Shown here piece by piece: positions 58,940-64,000 of a stretch of DNA of 64,000 bases. A program made the translations under genes and the position numbers. Position 1 is the stretch's first letter. Each line of letters opens with the position of its first letter. This DNA comes from a virus. Lineage: Duplodnaviria > Caudoviricetes. The DNA is taken from the IMG/VR virus record IMGVR_UViG_3300031555_004294, positions 96,001 to 160,000 of that record; one strand, written 5' to 3'. The notes beneath the pieces are model-generated. The model saw only the letters and a program-made list of their open reading frames with translations. It had not been told where the DNA came from and did no database searches.

Positions 58940-59591
58940 TCTCTTGTTCAAATATTCAAACTTAGGATTTACGAATGAAAATTTGCATAGCGAAAAGAAA
59001 TGGGCAGAACTCATTCATCATCCTTCCAGAATATATGTAACACACAATAAGGAATTCTTACTTGAGTTCAAAGATGTTCTAGATATTGAAAATTTATCTG
59101 GTGGTATTCCAAATTACTTTATGAATGACTTTGAATTTTTTGATGAAATTTCCAAGTATATTGATTTTGGTTGCTTTCCTATCCGAATTCAAGATTACAG
59201 TACTGACAATGTATCTGTAGCTGCTCTTAGACGTTATAAGGAGACACTTAATTGGAATCGAGTGTACATATCTACACCATCAGAAGCTTATACTTCAGTA
59301 GAATTTTTAGAAGAGTTCAAAGATGTTCTATGTTGGGACAATCTTGATTATTCTTACATCTCTGAAGAAACTATAGAGCTTTTCAAGAATAAAGTATCTT
59401 GGAAGAAAGTTTGTATGAAGACTGATTTATCAGAGGACTTTATTAGACGAAACAAAAGAAAAATAGCTTGGAAGACACTTTGTAAACAACGTGATAAAAC
59501 TTTGAATTTCTCTGTTGAATTTATGAAGGAATTTGACGATAAAATTCACTGGGAAGTTTATGTAAAAGGACGTAAAACTTTATTTACTTAA
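58908..59591 (+). CDS. Tryptophan-repeat protein with LTKQQEFDL leader
   Basis: EFKDVL.W and LSEDFI repeats. Confidence 0.75.
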   Translation: MIALTKQQEFDLLFKYSNLGFTNENLHSEKKWAELIHHPSRIYVTHNKEFLLEFKDVLDIENLSGGIPNYFMNDFEFFDEISKYIDFGCFPIRIQDYSTDNVSVAALRRYKETLNWNRVYISTPSEAYTSVEFLEEFKDVLCWDNLDYSYISEETIELFKNKVSWKKVCMKTDLSEDFIRRNKRKIAWKTLCKQRDKTLNFSVEFMKEFDDKIHWEVYVKGRKTLFT

Positions 59592-59608
59592 AAGGAGATA
59601 CAAAAATT

Positions 59609-60730
59609 ATGGGAAAAGCAGTACTTATTGTAGGTGGAACATTTGACAGATTTGGTGGTAAGAAGTCTGGTCTCATTGAAAAGATCTATCAGTCAATCGA
59701 TTACAAAAAGTTTGACTATGATATTGTAGCTTGTCGTAATGGCGGCAACGTCGAAGATCTTAATGAAGAACTTGAATTTACAAAGGAATTTGATATTGTA
59801 CTTTGGATGCCGAATGTATCAAATGATGAAGTAAAGATTAGAAATGTGAAGGAAGTGAATCCTAAGACAATTTTGATCTCTTCAAAAAGAAATGACAATA
59901 ACAAGTACAACTTTGCAGAACTTATTTCAAGAGCACTTGAACTCAAATCTAACCTTACAATCGAGTTTAGCAAAGTTGAGGAAAATAATTGTTTCAACAT
60001 GAGAGTTTTTGATCCGCTTGGAAACCAATTCTACAATGGAACTGATGTTGAAACGATGGTTAACAAACTCTTTAAGAGAGCTGGAGAATTAGCAGAATTC
60101 ACAAGAAAACCTACCATTCCAGTTAACAGTAACGATAGAATTCCTGAAGTACCAGATGAAGAAGAATTTTTTGCATTTGCAAGAAATTGTTCTGATATTT
60201 TCCACAATCTAATTAATCCTGCTGCAGGTACTACACGTTTCTTAGGAAATATGAGTTTCCGTTGTCAAAATGGATTTCCTTCTTTCCGTGGAGAAGATGG
60301 ACTTATCTTTGTAAGTCGTAGAAATGTAGATAAGAGACAGATTACAAAAGAATCATTTGTTCCTACTTATCTCGATGAAGATGAAAATGTTAGGTACTAT
60401 GGAGATGCAAAGCCTTCAGTTGATACACCAGTTCAACTCAGACTCTATAAGAAATTCCCTCAGATGAACTATATGATTCATGCTCATTGTTATGCTAATA
60501 CTATTTTACTAACAGAACATCCAGTTCCTTGTGGTGCAATTGAAGAGGTAGATGAAATTGAATCTGTGGTTAAAAATTCAATGGATGCTGAATTTATTGC
60601 AATCAATTTGATTGGTCATGGTTGTATTCTTATGACAAAAGATGTAAAATATTTTACAAGACTCATGAAATATAAAAAGTATAAGGATAATTGTTTTGTA
60701 AAGAGAAATATACCAGAAGTTTTCTTTTAA
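59609..60730 (+). CDS. Protein with C-terminal class II aldolase/adducin-like domain
   Basis: GNMSFR, KPSVDT, HAH, LIGHG metal-binding pattern. Confidence 0.7.
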   Translation: MGKAVLIVGGTFDRFGGKKSGLIEKIYQSIDYKKFDYDIVACRNGGNVEDLNEELEFTKEFDIVLWMPNVSNDEVKIRNVKEVNPKTILISSKRNDNNKYNFAELISRALELKSNLTIEFSKVEENNCFNMRVFDPLGNQFYNGTDVETMVNKLFKRAGELAEFTRKPTIPVNSNDRIPEVPDEEEFFAFARNCSDIFHNLINPAAGTTRFLGNMSFRCQNGFPSFRGEDGLIFVSRRNVDKRQITKESFVPTYLDEDENVRYYGDAKPSVDTPVQLRLYKKFPQMNYMIHAHCYANTILLTEHPVPCGAIEEVDEIESVVKNSMDAEFIAINLIGHGCILMTKDVKYFTRLMKYKKYKDNCFVKRNIPEVFF

Positions 60731-60739
60731 AAAGGAATT

Positions 60740-61231
60740 TTGAAAATGAAAAAGCTAACAAAGAAACAAATATTCGATCTTCAACTTAACTATACATGGA
60801 TAACAAAACTGTGTGGTGATGAGTGGTGGAATGATTGGCAGAAATGGAGAGCTGTATCCTATCTTAACTTATCTGATGATTTCATAAGAGAGTTCAAAGA
60901 TAACTTAAGTTGGTTTGAGCTTACAAGAAACCACCAATTTACTCTTGAAACAGTAAGAGAATTCCAAGATTATATACATTGGGATACTCTGTCAAGAATG
61001 AGAATATCGGAAGATATCATAAGAGAATTTCAAGATAAATTGAACTGGCAATTTATTTCTACCTACCAAGATTTATCAGAAAATTTCATAATGGAGTTCA
61101 AAGATAAAGTTCAATGGGATGAGATTTATGTCAATCAAAATTGTTCTAAAGAATTCTGGCAAAAGACAAGTGAATACTGGATGCCATATTTTGAACATCT
61201 TAAACACAGACGAAAGGACGAATTAAGATGA
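60740..61231 (+). CDS. Tryptophan-repeat protein with LTKKQIFDL leader
   Basis: LSDDFIREFKDNLSW repeats. Confidence 0.8.
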   Translation: MKMKKLTKKQIFDLQLNYTWITKLCGDEWWNDWQKWRAVSYLNLSDDFIREFKDNLSWFELTRNHQFTLETVREFQDYIHWDTLSRMRISEDIIREFQDKLNWQFISTYQDLSENFIMEFKDKVQWDEIYVNQNCSKEFWQKTSEYWMPYFEHLKHRRKDELR

Positions 61232-61755
61232 AGACTAAACTAACCAAACAACAGATATTTGATTTGCAGTTCAAATATGATATAAAGGCTACACCATCTA
61301 TAATGAAAAAGAAAAATTGGTGGAATCATATAGAATATTGGAGGTGGATATTTGATACTAAAAGTTCTTCTATTCCAGAAGAATTTTTTCGTATGTATAT
61401 TAATGTTATAGATGAATTAGGAGGTTATTATTGGGAGATTATATCACGACAAGCAATATTTTCTGAAGACTTTATAAGAGAATTCCAAGATAAAGTTTAT
61501 TGGGAGGGGGTTTCATCTATTCCAAATTTATCTGAAGACTTTATAAGAGAATTCCAAGATAAAGTTGATTGGTTTGAAATTTCTTCCACTCAAAATTTAT
61601 CTGAAGACTTTATAAGAGAATTCCAAGATAAAGTTTATTGGTGGAAAATTTTTGATTGTCAGACTTTATCAGATGAATTTATTGAAGAGTTTAAAGACAA
61701 ATATATTGACGAGGACGACGAATTTGATGATTTTTTAGAAGATGATGACTACTAA
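61228..61755 (+). CDS. Tryptophan-repeat protein with LTKQQIFDL leader
   Basis: Three exact DNA repeats at 61462, 61531, 61600 (69-bp period). Confidence 0.8.
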   Translation: MKTKLTKQQIFDLQFKYDIKATPSIMKKKNWWNHIEYWRWIFDTKSSSIPEEFFRMYINVIDELGGYYWEIISRQAIFSEDFIREFQDKVYWEGVSSIPNLSEDFIREFQDKVDWFEISSTQNLSEDFIREFQDKVYWWKIFDCQTLSDEFIEEFKDKYIDEDDEFDDFLEDDDY

Positions 61756-61768
61756 AAGAGGTTTATAG

Positions 61769-62266
61769 ATGAAGACTAAACTAACTAATCAACAGATATT
61801 TGATTTACTTTTCAAGTATAACATACAAGCTACACCAAATATCATGAACAAGAAAAATTGGTGGAATCATAAAGAATACTGGAGTTGGATTATTGATAAC
61901 AAAACAGAACATTTTCCAGATGATTTTGTAGATGAATTTAAAGATGTTCTACTTGAAGTTGCAGATAGTTGGAATAATTGGCCATACATTTCTCATAAAC
62001 GATTGTCTGTACATACTATCAGAGTGTTTAAGGAATATGTTGATTGGAATGTCATTTCTAGCAGTTGTATTTTATCTGAAAATTTTATAAGAGAATTCAA
62101 AGATAGAGTTAACTGGATTTACATTTCTAGATGGCAGAATCTATCAGATGAGTTCATTGAAGAATTTAAGGACAGAATTAACTTTAACGCACTTGAAATT
62201 AATCCGTACTATACAATTAGAACTTTGATTAAAACTAACAAAAAAGAGGAATTAGAATTATGTTGA
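61769..62266 (+). CDS. Tryptophan-repeat protein, close paralogue of 61228
   Basis: First ~40 aa closely similar to the 61228 gene. Confidence 0.8.
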   Translation: MKTKLTNQQIFDLLFKYNIQATPNIMNKKNWWNHKEYWSWIIDNKTEHFPDDFVDEFKDVLLEVADSWNNWPYISHKRLSVHTIRVFKEYVDWNVISSSCILSENFIREFKDRVNWIYISRWQNLSDEFIEEFKDRINFNALEINPYYTIRTLIKTNKKEELELC

Positions 62267-63048
62267 CAGAAGTAACTAACAGAAGCTTTGCAAATGGAGT
62301 TGTATATGCACTCAAAACAGAAGATGATTTTCCTATTGAAGTAACAGATACATTTCTTCCATTTTACACCAAAGATGCTATCGGAAAGCATCAAAATGAT
62401 CTCATGGACTACAATTTAGGCTCTCGTAAAGAACGATGGATGATTGGGGTATCCTGTATGTCAGGTTGTCCTGTTCGTTGTAAGTTCTGTGCTACAGGTC
62501 AGCTTAAGAGATATAGAAACCTTACAGCTGAAGAAATTGTAGAACAAGTTGAGTTCATCTTGAACAAGAATCCTGACTTTAATCCTGAAGACTCTCAGGA
62601 GTTTAAGATCAACTATACAAGAATGGGTGAACCCTTCTTGAATATTGAAGCTGTACGTAAAGCTATTGAGATCATCGATAGTAGATACAAGAATGTTCAT
62701 CACTACATTTCTACTATCGGTGTTGAAGACAGTGATTTCTCTTGGATAAAGGATAACATCACCCTTCAAGTTTCACTTCATTCTTTGGATGAAGATAAGA
62801 GAAATTGGTTGATTCCTTTTAAGAAGAAAATGACCATTGAACAACTCGGTAGAATACGTACAGAAAGTAATCTTAAGACAACTCTTAACATGACACTTGT
62901 TGATGAGAATGACTTTGACATTGATAGATTGAAGGCATATTTTGATAAGGACTGCTTCTTTATCAAACTTTCTCCTATCAATGAGAACGAAGTATCTAAT
63001 AGCAACAACATGGGTAAAGGTATTGTTGAAGGAGTAAACTTGATTTAA
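62260..63048 (+). CDS. Radical SAM protein, RlmN/Cfr-like
   Basis: SCMSGCPVRCKFCATG, MGEP, IST.G, LQVSLHS. Confidence 0.85.
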   Translation: MLTEVTNRSFANGVVYALKTEDDFPIEVTDTFLPFYTKDAIGKHQNDLMDYNLGSRKERWMIGVSCMSGCPVRCKFCATGQLKRYRNLTAEEIVEQVEFILNKNPDFNPEDSQEFKINYTRMGEPFLNIEAVRKAIEIIDSRYKNVHHYISTIGVEDSDFSWIKDNITLQVSLHSLDEDKRNWLIPFKKKMTIEQLGRIRTESNLKTTLNMTLVDENDFDIDRLKAYFDKDCFFIKLSPINENEVSNSNNMGKGIVEGVNLI

Positions 63049-63059
63049 GGAGGAACGGC

Positions 63060-63236
63060 GTGAAGCTTTTACCAATTGAAGAAAGAAGTAAACATAGTTG
63101 TTTCTTTTGTGGAACATCAAAAAGCGTTAAGTATATTGTTGAACTTCCAGAAAATAAACAAAGGGATATACATAGCGTTTATTGCTGTAATCTTTGTGCT
63201 CTTAAAAATGAAGGAGGAAATACAAATGAAAAATGA
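63060..63236 (+). CDS. Small Zn-finger protein (58 aa)
   Basis: AAGGAGG RBS, GTG start, CFFC...CNLC; below the track cutoff. Confidence 0.65.
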   Translation: MKLLPIEERSKHSCFFCGTSKSVKYIVELPENKQRDIHSVYCCNLCALKNEGGNTNEK

Positions 63237-63528
63237 AGATCAGATTATCTTTATCACGAAGATAGTTCAAAGCCAAAGAGCTAAAAATCCAAAAGCAAGT
63301 GAAGAAGTAATTTATGGAAAGGTTAGAACAATTTGCAATAATCTTATCCTTTCTGATGAACTTAGCAAAGATGTCGTTGAAAAGATGTTATCAATGCTCT
63401 TTGAAAGTGTAATCAAGAAAAATGAAACTAAACGAAGACAAGAAGAATCAAGAATAGTACGAACACGAAGTAGTGTATATGATACTGATCCTTGTGGTTA
63501 TTCTGGTGGTGGAAGGAGTCCTTGCTAA
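63226..63528 (+). CDS. Hypothetical protein
   Basis: AAGGAGG RBS before ATG 63226, so the track start of 63076 is probably too early. Confidence 0.6.
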   Translation: MKNEDQIIFITKIVQSQRAKNPKASEEVIYGKVRTICNNLILSDELSKDVVEKMLSMLFESVIKKNETKRRQEESRIVRTRSSVYDTDPCGYSGGGRSPC

Positions 63529-64000
63529 TGAAATATGAACTTTTTGGAAAAGAAATCAATATTAAGGACAACTATTGTTCACTTGATGGCTGTAAAGGTA
63601 GAAAAATTGATGAACCATATGTGAACATGTATGTCGTACTAACCAACACTTGTAATGCAAATTGTGCTTTCTGTTGTAACCCTACTAAAGTTGATAAAGC
63701 TCATTTTGATTTCTACAAGTTTTATTACATTCTTCATGAGATTAGACTTACATACGGTCTTAAGATTAATAAACTTTCCTTTACAGGAGGAGAGCCTACA
63801 CTTAGTGGAATGCTTGAACACTGTGTGAGAGCTGTTAAGAATCTTGATGAAGATATTTTTACAGTTGTCAATACTAATGGAAGTAAATTAGAAACCCTAA
63901 TTCCTATCAGTCAGTATTTTGACAGCATTGCTATTTCTCGTCACTATCATAATGATGATGCGAATCGTAGCATCTTTAACTGTCATAATCATATTGCTAC
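63528..64000 (+). CDS. Radical SAM protein (3' truncated by the window)
   Basis: TNTCNANCAFC, SFTGGEPT, NTNG. Confidence 0.85.
   Translation, partial: MKYELFGKEINIKDNYCSLDGCKGRKIDEPYVNMYVVLTNTCNANCAFCCNPTKVDKAHFDFYKFYYILHEIRLTYGLKINKLSFTGGEPTLSGMLEHCVRAVKNLDEDIFTVVNTNGSKLETLIPISQYFDSIAISRHYHNDDANRSIFNCHNHIA

Noticed and set aside
58451-61640. 30-36 bp exact repeats with ~35-bp unique spacers that look like mini CRISPR arrays
   Set aside because: The period is exactly 69 bp (23 codons), in frame inside Trp-repeat ORFs; there is no palindrome and no cas gene
3274-63821. Many short opposite-strand or off-frame ORFs in the track (e.g. 3274, 3604, 9092, 12054, 19758, 19817, 33890, 41459, 62773)
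   Set aside because: Shadows of real genes: F/S/L-rich, no RBS, fully overlapping better-supported CDSs
1-64000. Alternative genetic code or tRNA genes
   Set aside because: Core genes are intact under code 11 with all three stops in use, and no cloverleaf/TTCGA-type tRNA was seen

Overview
A 64-kb, very AT-rich segment of a jumbo myophage of the AR9/PBS1/phiKZ-related type. The host is probably a low-GC Firmicute, inferred only from the AAGGAGG/GAGGTG ribosome-binding sites. Core genes: baseplate and tail proteins (gp6-like, gp25-like, hub chaperone), a block of putative head proteins, terminase, two pieces of a split multisubunit RNA polymerase beta', family-B DNA polymerase, SF2 helicase, probable SSB, PhoH, macro domain, DHH and HAD phosphatases, a GroEL-like chaperonin and two radical-SAM enzymes. 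Two phage promoter classes can be read from the intergenic DNA: AACA-N6-TA (18 copies, late-type) and AAATATATATTCT-like (early-type). The most unusual items are: (1) a 4.3-kb tandem array of 13 small paralogues with near-invariant ends and highly diverged middles, joined by a ~60-bp junction repeat; (2) a group I intron in the terminase gene that carries a complete antisense transcription unit for a small membrane protein instead of a homing endonuclease; (3) an RT-less group II intron in RNAP beta' that carries a Vsr/DUF559-like endonuclease; (4) a ~460-nt structured non-coding RNA whose C-rich loop is complementary to its own terminator, upstream of the chaperonin; (5) an SSB-type EDIPF tail lying out of frame behind the SSB stop codon. 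All product calls come from motif recognition by eye; no database searches were run.
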